Source: Macrostomum lignano
Taxonomy: Eukaryota
Reading direction: 5' to 3'
Assembly: GCA_002269645.1 (NCBI GenBank)
Contig: NIVC01000001.1
Location: 496,001 to 560,000 of the forward strand
DNA length: 64,000 nt
Both the position numbers and the translations under genes were made by a program. The notes under the pieces were generated by a model that had not been told where the DNA came from, searched no databases, and saw only the letters and a program-made list of their open reading frames with translations. Shown here piece by piece: positions 31,511-52,100 of this stretch (positions within the stretch are counted from its first letter, which is position 1; every line of letters starts with the position of its first letter).

Positions 31511-31700
31511 GCTCGACTATCTCTGCTGGGCAAAAACTCAACAAATCCTGGAAGCTCGAGGTTTGCTGTTTTTCTGAGCCCCGCCCGCGGATAACCGGTT
31601 CGGTTGAAGTCCGGGCTCGCCGATTCCGATTGACCAATCAGAGACCGGCTTGATGCTATTGGCTGTGGTGACTGACGGGTGACTTTATTCTGGTGAGGCG

Positions 31701-32055
31701 TTTTATTGTAGACAAGAGGGCTGAGTGCACCCTGGCGCACTTTAAGCCACATTGTCACACAACCGGCGAGAGGAATTGCTGCCCATTCCGCCGACTCCCC
31801 TGAGCAGGCACACAAGCGCGCGGATACGTACGCAGTCATACGCACAGGCACACACTCACACAGGAGTGTACAGCAGCCCTAACTTTATTTATCGTTTGGC
31901 ATGTACACTTCACTGTGCCTTGGGGGGTTGGCCATCAAGGCCGTTAATTGCACGAGCAGAGCCAAGCTGAGATTCCAATTCAGCCCCAAATTAATGTGAC
32001 TGCACTAGGAATCGAGCCTGGGCCGCTGGCACATCAGAGCGCCGCGCCAGATCAC
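31701..32055 (-). mobile_element. tRNA-derived SINE family A (slightly 5'-truncated)
   Basis: Reverse complement of the family A body with the TTTTATT tail at 31701; A box missing. Confidence 0.8.
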
Positions 32056-32713
32056 TTCATGTGAGGTTACCTATTTTAGATCAGTTTCTTTCAGATATTA
32101 TTTGACATGATAAAGCAGAGATTATCAGTACTCAACTGCCATGACTGATGACTGCACTGAACGATATGTAGCGTAATTAAGTTTACAGAGAGTTTATCAA
32201 CCGTAGTTTTTCTGCTGAATTCAAACTTTATCAACTGTAAAGTTTTGTTCATTTCTACTGACAGTACTAAATAAGGCTTGCAATGTAAATTTATTGGTGC
32301 CACCTGCTTTTTTTCCTAGAGAACTAGATCGTTGCAGGGTAGATAAAGTAGTGTCTATTTGGGGTTCTAAATTACAAGAACAACACAAAGACAAAGCAGG
32401 TCAAGGTTTGCAAGTACATGTAAGACGAACAAATAACACAATTCGCAGTGAAAACTGCAATGAAAACTACATCAACGCAATAAGTGCAGAGCTAAAAAGG
32501 ATCTCTTAAAACAAGATTTCCAGACTGCTGCTGTATCATATTTTGTGTAGACATAATTATCAGCCAATAACAACCTTTAGCTCTGTCACTTCGAATCCAT
32601 TCAACGCTGCAGAAGCAGTCAAAAAGTATGGTTGGGATACTCAGTGTAGAAGGCTATGGAAAATGTCTCTCAGCTTAGGTGCACCCCATGCATCAACCCT
32701 AAAGAATATTTCA

Positions 32714-33020
32714 CAGCACCTACAGCATCACCTACAGCATCCTTCACAGCATCACCTACAGTATCCTTCACAGTATCACCTACAGCATCAGCTACAGAAT
32801 TCTTTACAGCATCACATACAGCATCACCTACAGCATCACCTACAGCATCACCTACAACATCACCTACAGCATCACCTACAGCATCACCTACAACATCATC
32901 TACAGCATCAACTACAGCATCACCTACAACATAATCTACAGCATCATCTACAGCATCACCTACAGCATCATCTACAGCATCACCTACAGCATCATCTACA
33001 GCATCACCTACAGCATCACC
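32714..33020. repeat. 12-bp repeat (CAGCATCACCTA)n downstream of the AMPK gamma stop
   Basis: Seen directly. Confidence 0.95.
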
Positions 33021-33229
33021 TAAATGCCCCTTGCCAAACCCCACAGTGCGTCACGAATGGAGTGAAATGTTTTCGATTTGGCCGAAACAAACTGCTTATC
33101 ATTTTCACAACAACAGGTCTATGGGGAACGTGATCGGGTGAGAGTGAAAGTGATGGAGTACGGATGACAGTTTCGGATGGGCAATCCTCAATCTACAGAC
33201 GGGAGAAGTCCAGCGCGAATCACTCGCGC

Positions 33230-42032
<8,803 letters not shown>

Positions 42033-43885
42033 GCCCGATTCTGGCTTGGTTCGAGTCTTGACTGCCTTTATCTCTCTCTCCCTCTCTCTTTTTCTAGGGC
42101 CATTTCCAATGTAAGCGTATCTACGGGACTTGTGTCTCTCTACCCGACTCTCTGCTCTAGCAAAGGAAATATGACAACTCGACAGACAGCCAGAGGGAGT
42201 CGAGCTGGGAGGGAAAAGTGCGGGACGGGCGCACAAGTTTGAGTGTCAGATAAGATTTTGTAGCTTCGTTTTCGAAACCGAGTGCAGCTTTCTCAGCGCC
42301 TCTGAATGGCTAGAGAGAATTCGCTTGCTCAAAGGCAATGCAATAGGGGGGGGGGGGGCGAACAGTCGCTTCTGATTATATAGTGTACGCGCTAATCACA
42401 GCTGCAATACTTCGAATGCCCCCATTTGAAACAAACAGGGAAAGAGGGACTGAAGGCAGTCTGTGTGCTGGTTGAAAGGCCTAGTTCTTAGATACGCTCG
42501 TACAATCCAATTTTTTGGTAGCCAATTCTGCCGCTGATTGAACAACGTTTTAATTCGCGTCACCTACTCAACCACCACTCCCTGACCTTTGCTTTGTTTG
42601 ATAAAGCGACAGAGCTACTCAAAACTTCTCCAAAATTCTCTAATCATACTACTATCAGGAGAAATCATAGCGAGTCGTGATCATAGCAGAAGACCGGCTC
42701 ACATAAACGATTGTAGCTCCGGGTTACTTGTAACTCGTCTGAAAATTGATTTCAGCAATATTCGACCCGCGGAGCTACTTACTGGTGAACACCGGCATCA
42801 GATCCTGACACCGACGCATCAAGCCATCCTAACACACGCAACCATAGTTTTGGACGTCACTCGATAAGCTGACTTGCAACAAGTTAAAGTTTCCGGACAC
42901 ACCTCACAACACAGTGCTTGTCCTTTTTTGTCAATTATTCAACCCACTCACAAGTCCAGTAAAGTCCTTCTCACTCCAGCTTTGCTCACTGCCGGCGCCA
43001 GGCGAACGACTTGACTGCAGCTGTTGCGTAGCTTCATCTTCGTCGCTCCGATCGGAGCAGGTCTGGACGTAACAAAGCGCAGTTCGTAGAATAATCACAG
43101 GAAGGCGTCGCTAAAGAGAACATCAGCGCGCAGAACTTACCGCTTCAACCACTTTCGAGGAGCAAAGTTCAACGGAAATTTCCGGTAGCAACTGTCTGAA
43201 TGCATCCGGTGATTTGTTGCCGCCGCTGGGAGATCTGCTTTCCATCAGCTCAGAAAATTGATTAGCTCTTTAGCAAAGATGCAGAGTCTCATCAGTTTGA
43301 TTAATACGATTATTTCAATGACCTTCGGTTGGTAAATTTCTATAGCTACACTGCATGGCTGGACGTACTGCTCGTTGCTTAAAAAATGAGTCTAGCTTCT
43401 CGGTGTGAAGTCCGGATTGCATCAACCCCCCCCCCCCCAACTTCACTCTGCCTTCCAGACCGAATAGAAGAAGGGAGAGTTTGGGGTGGTGGTCGCGGGA
43501 TCGAGACTGCTCGAAGTAGGTCGATGAAGATCGGATTAAAAATAGACGGAAAGAGAGAGACAGAAAGGATAGGGGCGCAAGTAGCCTGTTCGATCAGCTG
43601 GGATTGAAAAGTGTGCGCTAATTCTGACTTGCTCTTCCTTTCGTCAGCTCCTGCTGTTCTGCTTCTTTAGCGGGCAGGAAAAAGAGGAAATGGGAACTAT
43701 GCAGGGAGCAGGAGAAGGGCAGACGGCTTCAACCGGTTACATGGAGCTAACGGAGCTAGTAAGGGGAGGGGCGACCCCACCTGGGCTCGTCACCTGCATC
43801 CCTGTCCAATCCATCAATGCAGGGATTTATGGAAATTTATGAAGGTCACAACTGGTGACTTGAAGTCAATTGAATTCGATTGCAT

Positions 43886-44255
43886 GGGGGACCGTAGCCC
43901 AGTGGTCTGGCGCGGCGCTCTGATGTGCCAGCGGCCCAGGCTCGATTCCAAGTGCAGTCGCAATAATTTGGGGCTAAACTGAAATCTCGGCTTGGCTATT
44001 CTCGTGCCTCGTGCAATTACCGCCCTTGAGGGACCAACCCCCAAGGCACAGTAAAGTTTACATGTCTAATAAATAAAGTCAGGGTCGCTGTGCACTCCTG
44101 TGTGAGTTTAACTGCGTACGTATGAGCGCGCTAGTGTGCCTGCTCAGGGGAGTCGGCGGAATTGGCAGTAATGCCTCTCGCCGGTTGTGTGAAAATGTCG
44201 CCTAAAGTGCGCCAGGGTGCAGACAGCCCCCTGCATTTAATAAAATAAATAAAAA
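43886..44255 (+). mobile_element. tRNA-derived SINE family A
   Basis: GGGGGACCGTAGCCCAGTGGTCTGG..GGCTCGATTCC..TAATAAAATAAATAAAAA tail. Confidence 0.8.
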
Positions 44256-44527
44256 GTCCTTTGCATATTTTGGTCTATTTTTGTTTGCAAACACATTCGC
44301 TCGCTTCGGTTGCAACAATTGTGAAAAGAACAGATGTCCTCAAATATGATGTTATTGGGATAACTCATTAACAAGCATCAAGATAGATGCCTTACTCGTA
44401 GAACACAATCTCAGTCTACATCTACTAGGGCTAATTTGTATCCAAATAAACATGATCATTATCACTAAACTAGATCTCAGAGCTAATCTCACACAGCGGA
44501 ACGTCAAACAGTACCTGCACTCGTTAG

Positions 44528-46816
44528 TCACCAAAATACGCACTTCACTGATGGATTCATGCGACTCGCCGACGGGCACTGAAAAGTGCGCGCAAAGTCC
44601 GACGAGCTGCGCATCATAGCGTTGACGCGAACCGGCCCAGAGGAGTGACTGCCGCTGCGAAATGATTCTGCCATGCCCTGCGAATTGGCTTTGGTGCAAT
44701 AGGGCTGAGCAGCCATGACAAAGAAGAGCCGATCCAGCTGCTGGCGCTGCCAGCTCAACCGCCCGTCAAGATCGAAACGGCAGCTCAGTAATGAAGCGAT
44801 GTTAAAAGGATCAAATAGTCCCTTTGGCAGTAGATCGGTTTCAGCTGACCTGGCCATAGTGTAGGCCCTGTAGGCGGCGCTCAAACCCATACTGTCCGCA
44901 ATGTCCTCGGCCAGAGTTTCATTCCAGAAGCTATCCCGCTTGAGTTCAGCGAGCTCGCGTCGCATGCACTGCACTCGTTCCTGATAGCTGGCCTGAGTGT
45001 CTGTCTCGAGCTGCATGAATGTGCTCTGCTCCGATGACGCATCGTTGATCCATTGTTCAGCGAATCCGTGTCCGATTTCGTGGCCGACCAGAGACCCGAA
45101 TGCGCCATAGACAGCAAAGTCCGGGTAGCCCGCTGCGTAGATCGGAGGCGTCAGGATGGCGAGAGGAAACCACAAACTATTGCTGTCAATTGCATAGTAA
45201 GCATTCACAGTAAAAGTATGCTCGATATCAACCATTGATGGCTTAATTATTGGATTGTTGGTCAAAAGGTCAAGATGCCGCTTTGCATTTGCTTTCATTG
45301 CTAAGCCGAGTGTAAAGCCGAACGACTGCACTGCTGACCCCCGCAGCTTAGCAGATGTGCTCCTATAGAAACTAGCCAGTTGTTCATCGGTGAGCTCCTG
45401 GTGCCCCACATTATACCGCATGTCGATCACCTTATCGACCATCTTAGCCTTGTCCGCCTCTGTGATCCAATTCTGATCAACCATTCGGTTTACAAAGGCA
45501 ACTTTCATAGTTTCAATCACTTTCTCAATGACGTTCAGCTTTGTCGGATGGAAGCGCTGCCGATAGAGCCAGACGAGGGCCGGTTCCATCAGCCGCACTG
45601 TAAATTCCAGGCACTGGCCTCCGCTGATGCGCTCCTTTAACGACAGCGAACTCGGGCTAGGCTTCAATGCAGGCGAAAGCACTGGCAGAAGATCCACGAA
45701 CTCTAGCATGGCGTCAAGAGTTAAAAACGTGTGCCGCTGTACCCGTCGCATCTCCAAAGTTGAGTCCGTAGGCGCATCAGGGCCATTGTTGATCGCCTTC
45801 CCCACACTAAAGTAGTTGAGCAGAGCCTTCAGCATTGGCATGTTGTCGACCTCAACGATGGTGCTTTTGTTCACGCCGTTCGGCCGAAGCTCGTGTAGAA
45901 ACAGAGACAGATTGAATCCGGGCACCGCGGAACGGAGCTCCAATTCCAAAGCATTTAAACTACCATTAAAAGGCTTACTAAGATTCTGCGTTGACTCCAC
46001 GATTGCTTTAACTTCACCTGCGACTGTAGCCATCACGTATTTAGTCTCAGCTCCGAGAGCCGAACAATTGTTGATCGCTTCGGAAAGCGACACATTATTC
46101 AGTGTTAAAAAGCCCAGCATAGGTGACCAGTAAGAAGAATCCGCGGTAAAGTTGAAGGTGCTCACCACTAGGGTCAGTTTGGGGGCGTTGGCGTATTCTT
46201 GTGAAGAAAAGTTAAACGACCCTAAGCTGCCGAGTTCTTCCGACACACTGATGTCAAAAACAGTACCGAGTCCCATTGCCGCTGTTCGAGCCAGAAGCTG
46301 TTCCAGTGACATCTCTAGCAACTTCATGCTGTTGCCGAGTAGGTGTTCCAGAAGCATATTCATATCTGTGATGGCAGTACCGAGCTGCCACTCCGGATCT
46401 CTAGGTAGCGCAGACCTCGCTGTGCCCCACCGCAGACAGTTCTTGTACAATGCTCTGGTCAGTCGAACTGCGTCCCGCAGGCTTCGCTCACCAGACGGCT
46501 TGTCTAAGCTGCTGTCAATTAGAATTTCGTGAAGTCGGTTCTCAATTTCCAACGTCATGCGCCTCGGCGCGTCAGTGTAGGCCTCAGACTCGAAGTCGTT
46601 GATGTCGTAGCGAACCTGCCTCTGGAAGCCGCCGCACGCGAACTCGTAGAAGTCATCGCACGGGTTTGCGCTCCAGTTCAGGTGTAGCAACAGGTTGGCG
46701 CTCAGCGAGTTGCAGTCAGTGTTGGTGCAGAACAACTGACTCGCGCTAGCGCTACAGAAACTGCAGGAGCTGCTCAGCAGGAGCAGAGAGATCAGCGAGA
46801 AAACTGGACTTGGCAT
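44528..46816 (-). CDS. M13 family (neprilysin/ECE-like) zinc metallopeptidase, single uninterrupted ORF (~762 aa from ATG 46816)
   Basis: ANPCDDFYEFACGGF, VNAYY, GSLVGHEIGHGF (HExxH), TLAEDIAD (ExxxD third ligand), SHSSGPVRVN, FQCPSASRMNPSVKCVFW. N-terminal hydrophobic segment VFSLISLLLLSSSCSFCSA. Confidence 0.93.
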   Translation of the reverse strand: MPSPVFSLISLLLLSSSCSFCSASASQLFCTNTDCNSLSANLLLHLNWSANPCDDFYEFACGGFQRQVRYDINDFESEAYTDAPRRMTLEIENRLHEILIDSSLDKPSGERSLRDAVRLTRALYKNCLRWGTARSALPRDPEWQLGTAITDMNMLLEHLLGNSMKLLEMSLEQLLARTAAMGLGTVFDISVSEELGSLGSFNFSSQEYANAPKLTLVVSTFNFTADSSYWSPMLGFLTLNNVSLSEAINNCSALGAETKYVMATVAGEVKAIVESTQNLSKPFNGSLNALELELRSAVPGFNLSLFLHELRPNGVNKSTIVEVDNMPMLKALLNYFSVGKAINNGPDAPTDSTLEMRRVQRHTFLTLDAMLEFVDLLPVLSPALKPSPSSLSLKERISGGQCLEFTVRLMEPALVWLYRQRFHPTKLNVIEKVIETMKVAFVNRMVDQNWITEADKAKMVDKVIDMRYNVGHQELTDEQLASFYRSTSAKLRGSAVQSFGFTLGLAMKANAKRHLDLLTNNPIIKPSMVDIEHTFTVNAYYAIDSNSLWFPLAILTPPIYAAGYPDFAVYGAFGSLVGHEIGHGFAEQWINDASSEQSTFMQLETDTQASYQERVQCMRRELAELKRDSFWNETLAEDIADSMGLSAAYRAYTMARSAETDLLPKGLFDPFNIASLLSCRFDLDGRLSWQRQQLDRLFFVMAAQPYCTKANSQGMAESFRSGSHSSGPVRVNAMMRSSSDFARTFQCPSASRMNPSVKCVFW

Positions 46817-47501
46817 TGCTGATGGCTTGGTCACGTGTTCCTAACTAGACTGGCGGGCTTTTAAAGTTGTGCCGTCTTATCTGCTGCTTCAGTAGGTATA
46901 CAATTGCTTTAAAGGAAGGAAATTTAAACAAAGGTACTGACCAAACTCAGAGAGGTTTCTCTGTTCTAATCGAATTATTGTTATCTCCTCGAAGTTGCGT
47001 TTGCTTCTTCTAAATTAATGAAGGCTCCAACTGAACTTACATCACTCGTGACTTGATTCATTGAAAGTCTGTCACACTGTGGCCTTTTTGGCCATGTTTT
47101 AGCAGCTGCAACTGTAAATCTTGATCTTGCTAGGGCGGTTTCGCTTGTTTCACAATAATTTACGTCGTACATGCAGGTTTTCGTGAAATGGTTGAAATAA
47201 TTTAGCTTGCAGTTTACGAGACGTCAAAGTTTAATTAATTTCCCTCGTAGTTATCAGATTGACTTCAGCCTGGACTTGTATCAGATAAGGCAGGACCCAT
47301 AGTTCATAGTGACACATTGTACTGCAGTTGAAATCAGATGACCGAACTGAAGCTGTGTGCTTCTGTAAGCAGTTTTAAGCCGCTTATGAAGAATTCGAAT
47401 TGGTGTGATAAAATGGTGGAGGTTAAGGTAAAAAAACGATACAATTTTTTCGAGATAACTGTGAGATAATCGTGACGTTGAGGGCTAGGCAACTGACATT
47501 C

Positions 47502-47636
47502 GACTGTGTGGGATGTGGGACACTGACCTGGGACTGTGTGGGATGTGGGACACTGACCTGGGACTGTGTGGGATGTGGGGCACTGAGCTGGGACTGTGTG
47601 GGATGTGGGGCACTGAGCTGGGATTGTGTGGGATTG
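47502..47636. repeat. 30-bp tandem repeat (GACTGTGTGGGATGTGGGACACTGACCTGG)
   Basis: About 4.5 units. Confidence 0.9.
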
Positions 47637-49165
47637 GTGGTGCACTAAACTGAACACTGCATGTACACATATGTTTGGTCATTTCGTGAGCCCTGCTGCA
47701 AATCAAGGCGACCATGAGCAGGTGAGCAGTCATGTCCAATCCGTCTGACCCTTAAGCACTCGAGGATACGCAAGTATGCTCACACACTCACACGGTGTGT
47801 AAAGTGACTATGGTGCGGGTGGTGCTGACTCTCATCATCAGTCCTTTTTGCAATCTGTTGACAATTGGAGCTGGCCCTAATGAGCGAGAATTGCCCAGGT
47901 CTTCACGTCAATTTTCTGCCGGAGCCCCAAATACGGCTCGTACATGTAAATGCGGAATCGAACTGGCCGAGGAGTTGCGGCGCGAGAGTTTTATTTACAT
48001 TGGGATCAGAAAAGAAATTGTTTGTATTTTGAGTAGAGTTTTTCGTTGAAGAAAGCTTTGTTTCGACGAACAAAATATTTACTGAGGAAGCCGAATGTTC
48101 AAATTTTAATTAGGGTTTGCATGTTTTTTTAATATGGGCTCTTCTGAGGGCTAGAATAGTCGTGACTGAAATGCGTAGGGTTTTTTAAGAAGAGACGAGA
48201 GGATATCCAGATAATTAAGAGCGCCAGTCTATCGAATACATGTTGTTTATACTTTAGCATATCTAAATGTTTATTTGACAATTATTTTTTACATTATGTA
48301 CACTCAAGCAGTTAGGGCTAAGCGTGCAAGTTTTTATACAATAGTGTGTACATACGAGCTACTACACTGTGACACGTACAACTTTTTACTCAATTCTGCT
48401 TTTTTCATTTTATACAGATGGCCGACGGACGAACCCTGCAGTTCAAAGTGTATTCTGGAATTGTTTCTATCAAATAGAACGGCCTATATCGGACCTCCAT
48501 ATCAGCTCTGTTGTGCTCCAGGCCCCAGGCAGGGGGCAGATCCGAATACATGTAAGATGCATGGGTGGGGACAAAAACACCAATTTAAGCTACTTCAGCC
48601 AATACTAGAAAATAGACCTTGCATAGTTACACGCGCCAAAAAAGTATAACCCAATTTTTTTAGCGACGACTGAGAGGGAAGCCATGCAATGGCACCCTGC
48701 CCTGGGGTCCTGTCCATGCCCAGCGATACGCTAGTAGGGCGCGCGCCGTTCCTGTGTCCCGTTACGATGGCTTTCTGCTACGAATCAGGTCGATGCCAAA
48801 CTGGAGATACGGTCAGTATCATCGGCTATCGCCGACGATCTCAAAGCCAATTCCATAATTGCCTAAGCTACTCGACTGCACCCTATACTTACGTACAACC
48901 TCGGGCTTGTAACTAAATTTTATCAAACTAATGTTTATTATCGCTTGTTTTCTTCAACTTATTGATATGTTCTTTATTTTTGACTGCTTATATCCATATT
49001 ATTTTCGGGTTATATATACTTTGTTAAAGCCTGCTTAAGTCAACGTGTTAAATATTTCAATTATAATTGATCCTATGAAACCACAAAGAATTAAAGACGA
49101 GATTAACCATTAATAACCTTACTACTCTGAACGATCAAAAGTCGATAAAAGCCTAAGCCCCAAAT

Positions 49166-52100
49166 ATGACAAGAATATGGTTTTGTTCACTTTTTTCTAT
49201 GCTTATATTGTCGTGTCTCCTGCTAACAATCGTTCGATGGTAAGACATAATTTTCAATGCATCTGAATGTAGCTTATTTATTTTGAATTCTTTATCTTTG
49301 CATGGCATGGATGAGTACAAAATTTAGTTGTATGTTGTACTTGTACTCATGTTATGTAGCTTATAATACATAAAAAATAATAGTATATGCTTATGATCAG
49401 TATAACAAGTTTATTTATTTATTTTTTATTGTAACATATCTCATTGTTTGGATAGAAACTTCTAATTCTAAATGTTAAGGCTTATGTAAGTTATGTATAA
49501 TGCATTATTGTCATAGGCAAAAGTATATAAAATTTATAATAACATTTTTTGGAAATAAGTCTAATTTATAAGCCTAAAGCTTCTTCCAAGATAAGTTACA
49601 TAGAATAAAATTGCTTTCTAATAATGTTTAAATATTGTTAGTTGGCATTACTTTCTTATTATTAGTCTTAAACTTAAATTAAAAACTAAAATAATATATA
49701 TAATTTTTAGAAATCGAGTAAACTCTCCTAGACCTATTGCTTAATTAGTAGTTTTAGTCTTAGGCTTAGGTCTTATTGTCTTGTGTCTAAATATATCTTA
49801 ATAGTTTCTAAGAAATTAAGGAAATTGATGACTTAGGCTATGACACCTATTTAGTTAGAACAAATAATATGCAATTAATAAATGACAAGTGTAATATCAT
49901 AGTAATAATTTCACTATTATCTTTATATAGGTTCTATTAGAATAAAAAATACAAAATGAAATTAAAATAAAAAAGTTCAATACCTAACTATGTTATCATG
50001 TATGTTACTTTTTGTTTTTTAAATAAAATAATTATAAATTAATATTTGTTTTAAAACTTTTCAGGGTTCAAAGGTAGGGCATGCTTTTTATTTATTGACT
50101 TTATCTTCTTCTAGCTTGTAATACTTTTATAACAATAGGGATCATATAGCAACTTATGACATTAAGCTTATTCTTGCAGCTGAATGTTAATTGATAGTAT
50201 CTATTTTAGAATTTGTTATTATATTACTATAGATATGCTTATTATATACTTAAAGAACTATGTCCTATAAATATTTTCATGTATCTCTATATGCTCATAG
50301 GAGTTTTTTATATGTCTATCTATCTGAATTTGTATTCATATGAATATCTTTTACCAAAGTTGTCACTTTTTCAAAGTTTCTAAAATCAGTTTTTAAAACC
50401 TAAAATCATTTTAGTCACGACTTTGAAGATGATCATGATCATGACCATGATCACAGCCATGGAGGTCATGAGCACAGTCATGGAGGTCATGGGCACAGCC
50501 ATGGAGGTCATGGGCACAGCGATGGAGGTCATGGGCACAGCCATGGAGGTCATGGGCACAGCCATGGAGGTCACAGTCACAGTCACGACGGTGACAGCCC
50601 GAAGTCCAGCGTCGACTGGGACAAAGCGGAACCGATCCGCTTGGCTGGCTGGCAGCTGTGGTTCCAGGCCCTGTCCAGCACCCTGCTCATCAGCCTCGTG
50701 CCCTACGCCATCCTGTTCCTCATCCGGGTGGAGAACACCGACCAGCACAAACCGCTGCTGCACCTGCTGCTCAGCTTCGCCAGTGGAGGCCTGCTTGGCG
50801 ACGCGTTCCTGCATCTGATTCCGCATGCCATCGATCCGCACGAGCCTAGCGCTGATGGTAATGCATGTGGCTTTTGTCTACTTCTGAATCTGAATGGGCT
50901 GAGCTGGATTTTTTCAGAGGCTTCTCAAGTCAGATTGAGCTGGATTTTCAGAGGCTTCTCAAGTCAGATTGAGCTGGATTTTCAGAGGCTTCTCAAGTCA
51001 GATTGAGCTGGATTTTCAGAGGCTTCTCAAGTCAGATTGAGCTGGATTTTCAGAGGCTTCTCAAGTCAGATTGAGCTGGATTTTCAGAGGCTTCTCAAGT
51101 CAGATTGAGCTGGATTTTCAGAGGCTTCTCAAGTCAGATTGAGCTGGATTTTTTAAGAGGCTTCTCAAGTCATGGGCTGAGCTGGATTTTAAGAGGCTTC
51201 TCAAGTCAGATTGAGCTGGATTTTTTAAGAGGCTTCTCAAGTCATGGACTGAGCTGTATTTTCAGAGGCTTCTCAAGTCATGGACTGAGCTGGATTTTCA
51301 GAGGCTTCTCAAGTCATGGGCTGAGCTGGATTTTCAGAGGCTTCTCAAGTCATGGGCTGAGCTGGATTTTCAGAGGCTTCTCAAGTCAGATTGAGCTGGA
51401 TTTTCAGAGGCTTCTCAAGTCAGATTGAGCTGGATTTTCAGAGGCTTCTCAAGTCATGGGCTGAGCTGGATTCTCAGAGGCTTCTCAAGTCATGGGCTGA
51501 GCTGGATTTTCAGAGGCTTCTCAAGTCAGATTGAGCTGGATTTTAAGAGGCTTCTCAAGTCATGGGCTGAGCTGGATTTTAAGAGGCTTCTCAAGTCATG
51601 GGCTGAGCTGGATTCTCAGAGGCTTCTCAAGTCATGGGCTGAGCTGGATTCTCAGAGGCTTCTCAAGTCATGGGCTGAGCTGGATTCTCAGAGGCTTCTC
51701 AAGTCAGATTGAGCTGGATTTTCAGAGGCTTCTCAAGTCAGATTGAGCTGGATTTTAAGAGGCTTCTCAAGTCAGATTGAGCTGGATTTTCAGAGGCTTC
51801 TCAAGTCAGATTAAGCTGGATTTTCAGAGGCTTCTCAAGTCAGATTAAGCTGGATTTTAAGAGGCTTCTCAAGTCAGATTGAGCTGGATTTTCAGAGGCT
51901 TCTCAAGTCAGATTAAGCTGGATTTTCAGAGGCTTCTCAAGTCAGATTGAGCTGGATTTTAAGAGGCTTCTCAAGTCATGGGCTGAGCTGGATTCTCAGA
52001 GGCTTCTCAAGTCAGATTGAGCTGGATTTTAAGAGGCTTCTCAAGTCATGGGCTGAGCTGGATTTTCAGAGGCTTCTCAAGTCAGATTGAGCTGGATTTA

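Noticed and set aside
44881-46532. Short ORFs overlapping the M13 gene
   Set aside because: Shadow frames of a strongly supported coding sequence.
48525-48740. Degenerate TIR element (CAGGGGGCAGATCC..GATACGCTAG)
   Set aside because: Ends too diverged and no TSD.
48920-50400. Mitochondrial insertion (NUMT)
   Set aside because: No mitochondrial gene, rRNA or tRNA pattern recognisable; the region contains a phase-compatible ZIP7 signal-peptide exon.
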